This document shows positions 22,067 through 34,500 of a stretch of 64,000 bases of DNA, piece after piece. The notes under the pieces are model-generated. The model was not told the DNA's origin and made no database searches. It saw only the letters and a list, made by a program, of their open reading frames with translations. Location: contig CM119267.1 in NCBI GenBank assembly GCA_051294375.1, positions 9,077,709-9,141,708 on the forward strand, in the 5' to 3' direction. The stretch's first letter is position 1. Each line of letters starts with the position of its first letter. Made by a program: the position numbers and the translations under genes. Source of the stretch: Paraspadella gotoi. Its lineage: Eukaryota; Animalia; Chaetognatha.

Positions 22067-25000
22067 ATGAGTCGCGTGAAGCCAACAAAGCCGCCTCCAC
22101 GTTGCGTCAACGATCCGGACCCTGAATCGGAAACCACACAAACGAACTCGACGTCTTCACGCTTTGCCCACGCTCCCTCCTCTCGCCGTACTCGATTACG
22201 TGATCAATTAAACCCCGCCGGGCGCCAACGCGTCAGCTCACGTCTTACAAGGACCTACACGACTCGTACGAGCAGATCTATCCATCAAGCGTTGGCAGAC
22301 ATGACGCACCCGGACCAAGGAGGTGACGGAAATTTCGCGGCCACCGACTCTTTGAAAGATGCCGAAGAATCGGAGACACCTCCACCGCCTCCACTTCCAC
22401 TTTCTCGCCCTCTTGAGGACGTCGTTCCTGCCATTCTCGCGGAAGAGGGGAATCATCAGAACGAGACGATCGAACTGGGAAACAGTACGATCGACTTAGG
22501 AGAAACGAGTGGAGAGATTTCTTTGGACGCGTCGCGAAGCAGCGACTTTCTTGAACCAGGCGGCGCCGAGACCGACGACGAAGAGTGGCACGACGCCGAA
22601 AGCGACGAGGCTCCTTCACGTTTTTTGCGGCCCTTCGATAGTGACGGCGAGACTCGTGATGTTCCGTCCTGTCCGCCTCCGGAGATCGGCGACGGAGATC
22701 GTGGGGCTTTCTCGGCGTCGTCCGCGTCCTCGTCTCCAGTCGCAGATTCTTCACGCGACGAAACGCCGTCGACTTCTAACGGGATGTCTTCCTCTACGAG
22801 CGATGGGGAACCCGTTCGTTCGTCCATAAAACGTTCCTTACCTTCTTCGGTCGCCATTTCGAGCGATAGCGATGACGACGACGCCCTCGGCCCACCGAAA
22901 AGTCGCCTTCGGATCGAACCCACGGACAGCGAACCGCCATCGACAGTAGACGTGGGTGTTTCTCGCGCTAATGATCGAGTCGGTCGACTTAACCGCGGCG
23001 ATGAAAACTTCGATGAGGACGAACCGGCCGACGGCGTCGTCGCACCTTCGACCTCCGCGGCCGACGAATCTTCCGAGGATCTAAACGCGACCGACGGAGG
23101 CGGAAACGATATCGAAGTTTTGGGAGTTCAGCGAGGGATCATCGACGTCGAAGAGGAGGCCGAAAATCGACCAGAAGTCATAAAAAGCATAAACCCTTTT
23201 ATAGTAATCGAAGACTCCGACGACGAAGATGTCAACATTATTGGTGAGTTGACAATCTATTTTTACTTATAAGCGTTAGGCCATAAGCAAATTTGCCTAT
23301 TCCTGACTAAAAATCTGGCTTGACTTCCCGTTTCGAATAATCATTTTTTATCTGGAATTATGCGTTTGTGTTAAGATCATTTGAAGTAGTGCCACAAATG
23401 CCGCAAATTTAATTGAGAATACTCTATTCAGATGTCCGTCGTAACCCGGCTCATGATTCATCCGTAGTTTTTCTCCACGAATCTCCGTCTCATCGCACAC
23501 CGTCGAGGCACGTTTAATGTTAATCATTTAATTTCAATTTTTTGCCGGATCTGCATACTGCAGATCTCGGATCTATAATTCGCTTTGTCGGTCCGTCGGT
23601 CCCATCCCAAAAGCTTGTCGGTAAGTGACTTAGATCATGTCAGTTCATAAAATTCTGATAAATTTTAACGCCAATTACATGGGGCGATTGACTTGAAATT
23701 TTGTACAGTAGCATCCGTCTAGAATTTCTGAGACGGCAAGCTCTGTAACTCGAATACAAATGATAATTCGAAAGCGAGTTTTTGTCTTGTTATCGAGTAC
23801 TCATATGGCTACTCCCCCATCGGTAAGCCATTGCTCTACGACCACTTTTGGGACATAGCAGTTTATTGTAAAATTTTACTTTGAGTGGGATTCGAATCCT
23901 GCTATTCCATTCCGCGTCGAAGTCTTAGCTTTTAACCGCTCGGCCATCTCGTTATTTAAAAAAAATTTTCAAAAACCCTAATATAAATATTGGTTTTTTT
24001 CTTTTTTTTATGCCAACCGAAAACTTTATTCTCTTTTTGAAATGATTTCATTCTTTCATTCTCTTAATCGTTAGCCTATTTATTAATATTGATACAATAA
24101 GCGACGATGTATAAAAACACTTTAAAATCAACGTGAAAAAGTTTGACATAGCGGCTTAACAACGAGAAAACTCGGATGTCAAAATCTCTACCGTCGGACG
24201 TTGAGCCGTCCTGCCCCTATGGCGATGCCCACGTTGGCCACAGCGAAAGCCAATACAATGTTTCATATAACCTATTCACAGAGAACGATTTCAAACACAA
24301 TTTTTTTTTATGGCTGAATACACTGCGCCATGCTAGCTTTCATCGTGTCTTACATCGAAATCGTTCATACCAAATTTCAATAATTGTGGTCTAGTAGTTT
24401 TCTTGGAACGAGTTCTGGTAACAAAAAAGGGGTCCCTAATTTATAATTTGAAGCCTTCTGTATTTATCTCAAGTCTCGCCAAATTATGAAACAGAGACCA
24501 ACAAGATAACCAGAAGACGATTTGGCCGAACGCATGTTAACATTAAGGAATTTTTTGTTTCCCAAAAAAAATTAAAAGCAAACCTACAGCTTTATATAAT
24601 TTAATCTGAACAAAATTTTTTTGAAAATCATTTGGCCGAGTGCGTAGCGCGCCGGATTTCAACGTTAAGAAAAGGTTTCAGGTTCAAATCTGGCTGAAGT
24701 TTCTTTTTACAATAACTGCTGATGTCCCAAAATTGGTCGTAGAGCAATGGCTTACCGAAGGGGGAGTAGCCATATGTGTACTCGATATCAAGACAAAAGC
24801 TCTCTTTCAAATTATCATTTGTACTCGAGTTACAGAGCTTGCCGTCTCAGAAATTCTAGACGGATGCTACTGTATATGGGTAGGAAAGTCTGTGATTGAG
24901 CTGGAAATTAAGTTAAGATGGAAACGTCCGAGTGGGAATGAGTTTAAATGGAAAAAACCCCCCAAAAAAATATATTTCACTATTTGAACGCCAATTACTC

Positions 25001-27977
25001 ATGAGTGAATCGGGCGATTGACTTGAAAATTTGTATGTGGCTAGGAAAGTGTGTGATTAAGCTGGAAATCAAGTTTTGTCGAAATTGTCTGAGTGAAAAT
25101 GAGTTTAAATGGAAAAAAAAACCTGTTTCACTAATTGATTGTTTTTTTCTTTTTATATAAATGTAAAAGCAAGATGTATTAATTAATCAAATAATTAATC
25201 ATTTAATTAATCAGTCAAATTATTAATAATTAATTAATCAGTAAATTAATCTATAAATTATTAAATCAATCAATCAAGTCAATCAATTAATCGTTGTCGG
25301 CATTATTGTCATCGTCCCCATCATCGTCGTTGCTTTTGTCGTGGTCAGTGACGATAAGACCTAAAAACAAACATGTTGGATAAAATTAATTAATTCATAA
25401 ATTAATTATTAATTGACTAATTAACTTGAATTAATTAATTACCGCTAATGATCGTGGGCAGATCCGGCATTGTTTGCTCAAACTTGTTATTTCGTTAATC
25501 ATTTACTTACTCTGATTTGTTTATTTAGATCTACGGGCGCCCGATCAAGTGAAACACCTTTGGAAATCCCATCGTCTCCGAACCCTGCAGCGCCGGCTCC
25601 CTCAACCTCGGGTAAGTTTGTTTAAAATCTCTTCATCGAAAGCGCTTCTTAATTTTGTATTTTCGGGGACAGGAGCTAGGCCTTCGACTTCCACCAGTAA
25701 CACAAGACCAACGTCGTCGGAACTTAATATCGACTTCGACCTTTCCCTTGTATTACCAGTTTCCAGGAGCCGACCTCGAGGAGACCATAACACCTTGTCT
25801 GCCCGGTATGCTATCCGAATGTCTTAACTGAAAGCCGTCTTTGCATTCGCGTTCAAACTTTCTTTCCCTCCACGTTTCTGAATTGCAGTTTTGCTGAGAC
25901 GAACGCCATCGCTTCGGCGGCGCGCGATCTTCGAGCATCTGCCGAGAGTTACGTCGACCAACTTCGTGCGGGTTTTATGGAGGGTGATTCTCAGCCTTCG
26001 ACCTCTTCCCGAACGGTTGGGTCGGATCGCCCCGAAGACGAAACTCCAGGAAACAATACTGACTCCTTCGTCATGTTTGGTCGCGCTACTTCTGCAAACA
26101 GGTGAAAGTGGGCCAAAGTTGGGCAAGTTTTATTCTAAATTGCGGTCTTTCAGTGAAATTTGGCAAATAATCCTACGATGAAAAATTTTTTTGGTTTTTC
26201 ATGGAAACTTTTCTTTAACTTTGGCATTTTTTAGTGGATCGAGCGATTGGATGACGCCCTCTCCACGTATTTTGGGTATGTTGATGTGAACAGTGCGATT
26301 TTTTTTGTTTCATTAGAACTTGAGAAAGGACTACAAGTACTAGTAACTTGAACTACTTTTTTTTTACTTTTTAAAGATGACCGTATACTACAAATGGGAG
26401 TGAAATGAAAAGAGTTGTTATAACTCAAACTGACTGAGTGTGATTATTATTTGTTCATTTCGTTACAGTATTGTAGTTGGAAAAGTCCCTGACATTTATG
26501 TTCCTTAAAGCAAATTGATATTACTTTACATCATAGCAACTGGTGCGCTTGTCTTCCAGTAGCTTTTTTTTTAAACTCAATGTGGCAAAAATTGAGACGA
26601 ATATTTTAATTTCTTTTACATTCATTAGTTAGTTTTATGGTTTGGGAGCATGCAAAAAAATTCTTATTGCGACATTCAGATTGCTATGTCTATATCTGTA
26701 AGATGAACCGAAATTTTCAAACATTTCTTTTTTTTTTTTTCAAAAAAATAAATCTTATAACAGGAAAGTCCTATTCAAATTCCAAAAATTTGCTTTTTTG
26801 AAATTCGACCATGCCATTAATGAGCACATAACTAGGAAAGTAAGAAACCTGAACTACTGGGAGTTAGAAAATAAACAACGTCAGCGATTTTTTTACCAGG
26901 GTGCAAAATCTGAAGTAACTATAACAAATAATTTCGCCACAGTTTTTGATATTTTCATTTCACTCCCATTTAAAATTCGTGTATATTTTTTTCTTCTTTA
27001 TTAGTTTTGCTCAAAATTAAGGTTTATTTTCAGGTAATCCACCTTCGCTTCACCAAACGTCGTCGTCATCTTCGTTCACCGATGTTCTACCGCCGCCTCC
27101 ACCACCACCCCTGCCATTTCGTCCTCGTCGCGACTCTCCCATAGGGAACGATCAATTTCAAATGTTGCCGGATACGCAGTCAAACGCGCCACCGAGTCCA
27201 CTGCCGCCGACTAGTCAGGCGGGAACCTCATCCTCGGCCGCATTGTTGACTTCTCCCCGCCTGAATCATGATCCTTCTACCTCGGCCTTTCTGGCTCCAC
27301 CGCTGACTGCGATGGCCGTCGGATCATCGTCCACATCCCTCACTGTCTACCGTTGCAGGTGTTTACAGTATTCGCCGTTTCACACCAATGAAATGGATTG
27401 TCTTCGCTCCTCGAGACTTTACAACAATGGCGATCAAAGCTCAAACAACCCGCCTTCATCTCACGCCGGAGCGCGATTTGGTAATATGCGAAGGTCGCAA
27501 TGGACCTTTCCCGGCAATCCTAACAGTCCTGTTGTAGGCAGCAGTGGCGGGCCTGTCGTAGGCCGTACTAGTGGGCCTGTCGTTTGGGGTATACCGGGGT
27601 CCGTGGTCGGAGGAAACGCCAGCCCTGTCGTTATCGGAAACGCCGGTCCTGTTGCCGGCGGTAGTGGCGGGCCTGTCCTTGGCGGGAACGCTGCTGGCTC
27701 GTCCGTCGATAATGCGACGCCCGAGAGGCCGTCCGACGGAAGCGCTATCGACTCTTCAAATCGAGTGTCTTCTCCGGCGACGACTGGAAACATTTCCTGT
27801 CCAGTTTGCCTTGACACTCTTCCGGAAATCAAGAGTGATCATCGTTCTTTAATGTCGACAAACTGCGGGCATCTATTTTGTAACACCTGCATAAAGGACG
27901 CAATTAAGAGTCAAAAGAAATGTCCAACATGCAGGAAGAAACTCAGTCCCAAAAGTGTACATCCGATATATCTGTGA
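22067..27977 (+). CDS. RNF4: SUMO-targeted RING E3 ligase, RNF4-like, long disordered N-terminus (7 exons)
   Basis: SIM-like motifs (DIEVLG, IIDVEEE, FIVIEDSDDEDVNII); C-terminal CPVCLD...LMSTNCGHLFCNTCIKDAIKSQKKCPTCRKKL..KSVHPIYL. Confidence 0.8.
23538..25488 (+). mobile_element. Non-autonomous Helentron-like (HINE/DINE-1-type) element in RNF4-like intron 2
   Basis: 5' ttttgccggatctgc + short IR gcagatc + gtcg/gtcc microsatellite; internal tandem core repeats; 3' subTIR gcagatccggca and end cttgtt; the same 3' end (gtttgctcaaacttgtt) occurs at ~11271. Confidence 0.7.
23706..24872. mobile_element. TA-flanked TIR element (Tc1/pogo-type CAGTAG ends, ~170-bp TIRs) nested in the Helentron-like element
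   Basis: TA|cagtagcatccgtctagaatttctgagacggc ... gccgtctcagaaattctagacggatgctactg|TA; uninterrupted host repeat unit at ~25020 shows the empty TA site. Confidence 0.85.
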
Positions 27978-28818
27978 TTCAAGTTCATGAGGTTTTTGTT
28001 GATGTATTTTTTAACCCTTTTTTTTTTCATTTTCCATTAGCATAATGGCATGATTACTGATAAAAATTAAACGCTGGTTTTTTATTTCCCTGGCGAATTT
28101 CATTTAAATATGTGGTTAGGATGACTTGAAATGAACAATTTATACTATTAGTTCTTATTTTCACTACCGATTAGAAAAATATTTTTAAGTTAATCGGAAG
28201 TAAAAACTGATGGCGGTTTAACAAGATGTCCAAGATGTCGAATTTGTTTGATCAAGTTGTACAATATTTCTCGTTAGTGACGCAGTTAAATAAGTGATAT
28301 CTAGATATCAATTCGCCTTTAGCTTTCTTTTGATTCGAAATTCGACTTAAAATTTACAAATATTTTTTAGATCGTTCTATTTATTTATTATCATTCGAAC
28401 CTACGAACAAGCTGAGTAATGATGAAAATTTTTTTTAAGACTCGGATTAAATACATATTAGAAAATGCTCTTTCGTTTTTTCGAACCGAGAATCGGTTCC
28501 GATGAAACTATAAGGCCGACCTCGTTGAATTTTGCACGAATTTATTTTAGGGCAATAGAAATGGGACTATCGAGGGGATTTTTGAAATTTGACCTTGGAC
28601 TCAGGGGTCAGCCCACGCAGGCAAAAAACGGTAAAATTTTCTTTTTAAATTTTGTTAAATATTTTATCCCCATCAGTTGCAGAAACGTTTACTTGTTCAG
28701 AAAAGTACATTTATTATGGAAAAAAAAAAATTGCTCTATTTTGAGGATCATAAAAATTAGATCTAAAATGATGGACTAAGCAAGTTTAATGGAAGAAAAA
28801 TCCATTTATATTTATGAA

Positions 28819-29021
28819 ATTGAAGAGACAGTAATTATTATTATGTGTTAGTGACAGAACCATTCAATATAAGCAGTCCCTGAGCTTCGGATCAGGCTGT
28901 AACACCGAGTTACAGGCGGGTTAAGCGCCCCGTCCCTCTAAACTGCAAGGCGACCACCGGGCTAGAACCCCGGACCTTTGGGTTGGAAGGCGAATGACTT
29001 GCCTCCGGCACCAATGGCCGC
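28819..29021 (-). mobile_element. tRNA-derived SINE-like repeat, copy 2 (more complete head)
   Basis: - strand starts gcggccattggtgccggaggcaag...ggttctagcccggtggtcgcc (A/B-box-like); body shared with 16271-16454. Confidence 0.78.
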
Positions 29022-30137
29022 TGATGAACGGTTGGTGGATTTTAGTCCACCAAAAAATTTAATTTTAAAATGTTTTTTCTACAAAGTTAATACATGCAAT
29101 TGATCACACACAAAAAATTATCTTTAAATAATTTTTTGCCCCCAAGGGGTAAAATATTGAAAAATATTTAAAATCGCCTCGATAGTCCCATTAGTATTGT
29201 CATTAGGATACTGTATGTAAAATCATATACAGAAGAATTTTGTAGAATTTGGTTCAGTGATTTGGTCAGTACCGATTCTCGGTCAGAAAAACGGGAAGAG
29301 CATTTCCTAATAATATGAAGTAATATGAAGACTTCTGTCTGCCGTACTGTCAGTGTCACACGTCATATGTGTTTTTCCTGATTTTGGACTTCGGCTTCGT
29401 AAAGCTTTACAGATATAATTCAGAAAAAACACTAGTCAAATTAATCATAAATGCATCCTAACCAAAGTAGTCATTTTAATATTAATTTTTTGTCGTTGTA
29501 TTGGACATACTAGGGTATTTTAAACATTTTTTAAGACTGAATGAGTTGGAATTTCCCAAAAGCTTAAATTTGCCCTTTTTAGAATCTTAAGACAACTTTT
29601 ATGGCAATTGGTTGGCTTTTAGTTAATATAATTTTTACTGATATCTGTAGGATTCGATCAACTTTTTCCCATATTTTTTAAAATATGAATAGAATAAAGA
29701 AACAATGTTGAAGATGAAAATTTTAATATATTTAAAAAAGTTATTTACTAATTCTTGAAATATAATTTATATATATGATAATTTTTCCGTCAACTTAAAG
29801 TGGAGCACACAGAAGATATATTTTTAAAACATATAGAACTACTGCAAATAGCGATGCTATTGCATATTTCTATAGAACTCATATGCCAATCGATATTGAC
29901 TATAGAAAATAATTTCTTGAGTTTAAAGCACTTAAATCTTAAAAAAACAAATTGCAAGGTTAAAACGTTTTTAAAATTAAATGGATGTGCGCCTACTATC
30001 ATAAAAGATTGGCTGATTTTGTTTTTATTCCTGATTAAAATATTCTTATTTATGTTGATACTTGTAAACGCAGCAGAAAATAAACCCGAAAAAAAACTTT
30101 TTTTCCTCCCATTTCAGAAGTAATAAGGAGTAAGAAA

Positions 30138-31388
30138 ATGAATCGAGCAATCATTGTAATTGGAGTTACATGGCTCGCCTACGCATCCGCCTACTTCTTA
30201 AGAAAACCCTTGGGCGTCCTCAAACCATCTTTCGAAAAAGAACTGGGGTTTGACGCTTCGCTTCTAGGATTTTTAGATGTTGCACTTCTACTTCCCTACG
30301 CCCTCGTGCAGATGTTCGCTGGTCATTGGGTGGAGCGTGTGGGTGCTAGACGTATGTTGTCCGGATGCCTACTGCTCGCCAGCGCCGCCACCATAACATT
30401 CGGGACTTGGAGAAGTTTTTCCGCTTGCTTCTTGCTTATATTCGTCGAGGGAGCGTCGCAGGCTCTTATGTGGCCTTCCTGTATCCGCTTGGTTGACCAG
30501 TGGACCGAAGAAGGGAAAAAAACGACTGTGATGGGAGTTTATGGCAGCAGTGCTTTCGTCGGGGGTATCTTCGGTACTTTCCTCGCCGTCGCTATCCTCA
30601 AAGCCTTTGGGTGGTCAATGGTTTATCCAATTTTAAGTTGCGTGGTGTTTCTCATGGGAATTATAGTGTATTTCACTTGTTTTGAAAAAAAGGTCATACC
30701 GCAGAGCGCCATGGAAATGCCAGAGCCTTCGCCCGCCGACCTCGTCTCATCTCCTTCAACCGAGGCCGTTGAATTGTCGTGGAAAAACTTGTGGCAGAAG
30801 CCTGGCTTCGCCGACGTTTGCCTCTGCATGTTGTGTATGAAAGTGAACCGATACTTCGTATATATGTGGCTGCCTTACTTATACACAAAGGAGTTTGGCT
30901 ACACGGAGGCGTCGGCCGGTTCGGCTTCCACAGGGTTTGAGGTGGGCGGGTTCTTCGGCTCCTTCTTCATCGGTTTCCTCATCGACTCTCGATTTCAAGG
31001 CGACGTCTTTCGTGGAACGTCCGTCGCAGTCACGTTGGCCTTAATATCCATGATAGCCTTCACCTTCTCTTCAGCATTGACTTCGCTGCTCCCGCTGTGG
31101 CTTCCGCAGCTTGTTTTCATCGCTATAAACGGCGCATCCAACGCAGGAGCGGACGCGATGCTTTCTAGCGCCATTCCCGCCCGAATGGCTAAGTTGTACG
31201 GAGGATCTTCAGCAACGCTTACTGGTCTCATAAACGGATTTGGGACAATGGGTTCTTTCGTTCAAAGTCCACTGTCGGGATTCGTAGGCGAGAGGTTTAG
31301 TTGGACGATGAATCTCTATCTCATGGCGGGTCTTAATCTCGTAGCTGTTATAACTGTTATTCGAGCAAGGAATAAATTTCATAACTAA
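30138..31388 (+). CDS. MFS transporter, SLC37/GlpT-like sugar-phosphate exchanger family (intronless)
   Basis: TWLAYASAYFLRKP, GHWVERVGARR motif A, FEVGGFFGSFFIGFLID, TGLINGFGTMG; about 12 hydrophobic segments. Confidence 0.88.
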   Translation: MNRAIIVIGVTWLAYASAYFLRKPLGVLKPSFEKELGFDASLLGFLDVALLLPYALVQMFAGHWVERVGARRMLSGCLLLASAATITFGTWRSFSACFLLIFVEGASQALMWPSCIRLVDQWTEEGKKTTVMGVYGSSAFVGGIFGTFLAVAILKAFGWSMVYPILSCVVFLMGIIVYFTCFEKKVIPQSAMEMPEPSPADLVSSPSTEAVELSWKNLWQKPGFADVCLCMLCMKVNRYFVYMWLPYLYTKEFGYTEASAGSASTGFEVGGFFGSFFIGFLIDSRFQGDVFRGTSVAVTLALISMIAFTFSSALTSLLPLWLPQLVFIAINGASNAGADAMLSSAIPARMAKLYGGSSATLTGLINGFGTMGSFVQSPLSGFVGERFSWTMNLYLMAGLNLVAVITVIRARNKFHN

Positions 31389-31560
31389 TTATGATGAAAC
31401 GCAATAATCTTGCCAAGATGCATGAGTTTTTTTCGTATATGTAATAAGTATGTATGTTTACTGTTTACATAGTTGATCTCTCCACGATTTTTTGTTAATA
31501 CACGTACATATATAAAAATATATATTTATACTATAAAATATTTTTGTTAAGACGATCGAA

Positions 31561-34500
31561 ATGGGTAAAATTCGGAATAGTACTGATAAAAAATTATGCG
31601 CTGGCGAAAAAACATCGACGATTCCTGAGCTATTTGCCCGACAAAAGACTCAAAAATCCGTTAAGATAGTCGCTTGCCCCATCTGCCAGAATGAAATACC
31701 ATTGTCCTACATTAACGGACATATCGACTCTGGTTGTATGGTGCCCACCACTGCCTCCGATTCGAGGGTAAACGACGACGAAACTATCATCAAGCCGTGT
31801 CTGACAAAGTTAAAGCGAAATCTTTCATCAAAGGAATCGGAACCGATTCATTTTGAAGACGCGAAAACTTTTTCCGCAAAAAAACCTCGTTACGAATTGG
31901 AAACACAAACTCTGAATTCGAGTAATTTTTCCCGGAACATAACGCCCACAAAAGTCAACCCGTTCGCCACGCCCACCAAATCCAAAATCCTTTGGAAAGA
32001 CAAAAGTTCATTTAGCAGCCCCGTTCGGTCGTCCCCATCAAAAGAACTTGAAATTGTTCGATCTCCATCGAGACAGAAAACTGTATGCAAGCCCGTTCGG
32101 CAACTTCTCCTGTGTCTCGATGATGCGGAGAGAGGGGACAAAACCACCTTTCAAAATGCTCGCGTTTCCGATTTGCAAAAATCAGATTCTCCTCTTAAGT
32201 CACCCGCGCATTCGTCAACCATTGTTGCAAACTCACCTCCCACGTTTCAGATAAATCCCGGAGTTAACGGATTAGCCAAGTCTTACCGTGAAGCGGATTT
32301 TAAAACGCCTCCGTGTTCACCGAGCAAATCGGTTTCCTCGCCATTTTCCAAGCGTCGGACCTCTCTTTCCTCGCCCTCTGGACCTGGTCCTCTTTCTTCG
32401 CCGGCGAGCAGTATCTCTTTACTTTTGCCACTTCTCCCTAAATCTTCCCCATCTCGATCCGGTCAACTGTTTTCCTCAGATCGTTCACAACTTGACAACT
32501 CATCCCCAGCCCCCAAAAACCCTGCCACGCCTCGATCTAAAAATCCTTCGACACCATCCCGTTCAAAAAAAACTAACACTCCTTTACGTTTTCAAAATTA
32601 TGGGACGCCCTCTGACTCTCGCCCCCCCTCTCCATCGCCCTCGTCGATGAGTCCACATTATTCCCCCAATCCTAGATCGATTCACAACCCGAATCGGTAT
32701 TGGAATAAGCAGAGAATCTCTCCTCGGAACGAAGACGCTTTATCTTCAGTGACGCGACGACTGTCCATGGACGAGGATCGAGACGAAAGTCATTCTAAAG
32801 ACGGGAGCAAATCCTCGGCGCCTTTCTCTCCGGCAAAATCTCCGACCAAATCCAGGCGACCCTATTATTTAGAAAACTTTTTGGCGAGTTTTACCCTAAA
32901 GGCTAAAGAAAATTGAGGTAAATGTCCCGATTACAATTTGGTTTCCATTTTCGTTAAGGTAATTCTCGGAGCCATCGCATCGAGTTCAAGCGACTGGAAC
33001 CTTTTTTCGGATGAAGATCGAAGATGGTTCGCCGGATTCATTCCCGGAGAGGATCCCGAAAATACAGAGGTTCTTTCCGAGGAGGCGCAGCTTTTGTTCG
33101 TCCGTCTTTTTCAGCGGAAGCATCGTTGGCTTCGAGCCGAACAAATTAAATACGACGAAATCGCCGTCATCCTGAAACCATTTTTTGAAGAACTCCGAGA
33201 GAGAGGTTTTCTTCTCGAAGCAGAGGACCATCTAAACGATCTCACGACAGCGATGGACCTACTCTCAGCGCCTGATCTTAAGGCGCTAGCTAAGCATCAA
33301 CAGATCGTCTTTAAGAATGGTCAAGCTAGTCGGGCAGAGATGATTGACGCTTTGCTGACCCATTGCGCTCGACAAAAGTCTATTCTCGACTTCGCGAAAA
33401 CAGGCCCTTCTGAAATCCCCGAGTCTCAAAAAAGGAAGTCCTTTGGTAGCGTCGGCCAATCGGCTCGAATGTTAAAGAAGGCAAAAACTATTCTCGGAGC
33501 TTCGTTTCGAGTGTCCGATAAAGCGCGCGCCACCTTTTGCAGGGCCATGCTTCTTTTTGATATGTGCGGAGTATGGCTGGAAGCCGTCGAAGATTCCTCT
33601 CGTAATCAAGGTATTCCCTCTTTGTTTTTTATCTTTCTTATCTTTTTTACAATGACATCATGAAATATTGAATTTATGGAATGATTGTATAAGTTTTTTT
33701 ATTATTATTATTATTATTATTAATACATAGTGTTATTATTGAGATATATTCCAATTTTATTAAGTACGTATTAGTACCTTCTATGATTTTGGTATTCTAT
33801 TTATCTTCGTAATAATTATTATAAGACGAGGGGATTTAATTTTGTATTTATATTTAAACAGTTTTAGATTGCTAAAAAAATCATTATCATTCTATGATTT
33901 TAATATTTTTCTAATTTTTAGTATTAAAACATAAAAATTTGAAAAATTTGTAATAATTTTTTCATATAACTTTTCATGCTTTAGAATCAGAATCCATAAA
34001 AGTTGGTCGGCTGGCTGAGCTGACTGAATATAATCATTAGCAATAGAATTAACCAATACGAAAAATTTTCGGGTTATTTAAACATTTTGTTCAATAATTA
34101 GTTTATATAGATTTAAAATGGTTTGGTTTTCTGCTCTAAATCATAAATTGCTCGCTGCTTTTGATGTTTAAATAATAAATATCTGCAATTTGAGCTATGA
34201 AAATATGGGAAATTGTATCGAAAAAAATCACCAGAACCATTACTCAACTGGACTTAAATTATATTTTCTTTTATTATTTAGATTTTCTTTAAGATTTTTA
34301 AATTATTTTTCGACTTTTTTTTTCTTAAGGCGACCCCATGTTCAAGATGTTACTGGCAAACACTGGGAAGACCATATATCCTGACTACAAAGTTGAGCGA
34401 ATCTCTACTGTGTTTCGTTCCAGGCATGACCTCGATGCCTTGAGTCGAGCATACTCGGTTGAGATGGAGATGAAGAAGTTGATGGAAAATTCACGGTGGG

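Noticed and set aside
23880-23950. tRNA genes at 23880-23950, 24630-24700 and 28950-29021
   Set aside because: A/B boxes are present but I could not fold a full cloverleaf, and each sits within a repeated element
29021-29052. CTGATGA plus hairpin as another hammerhead
   Set aside because: No GAAA core or NUH site follows the stem
28060-29790. ORFs 28465-28779 and neighbours in the long gap before the MFS gene
   Set aside because: AT-rich, repeat-like sequence without motifs; probably TE debris whose ends I could not define
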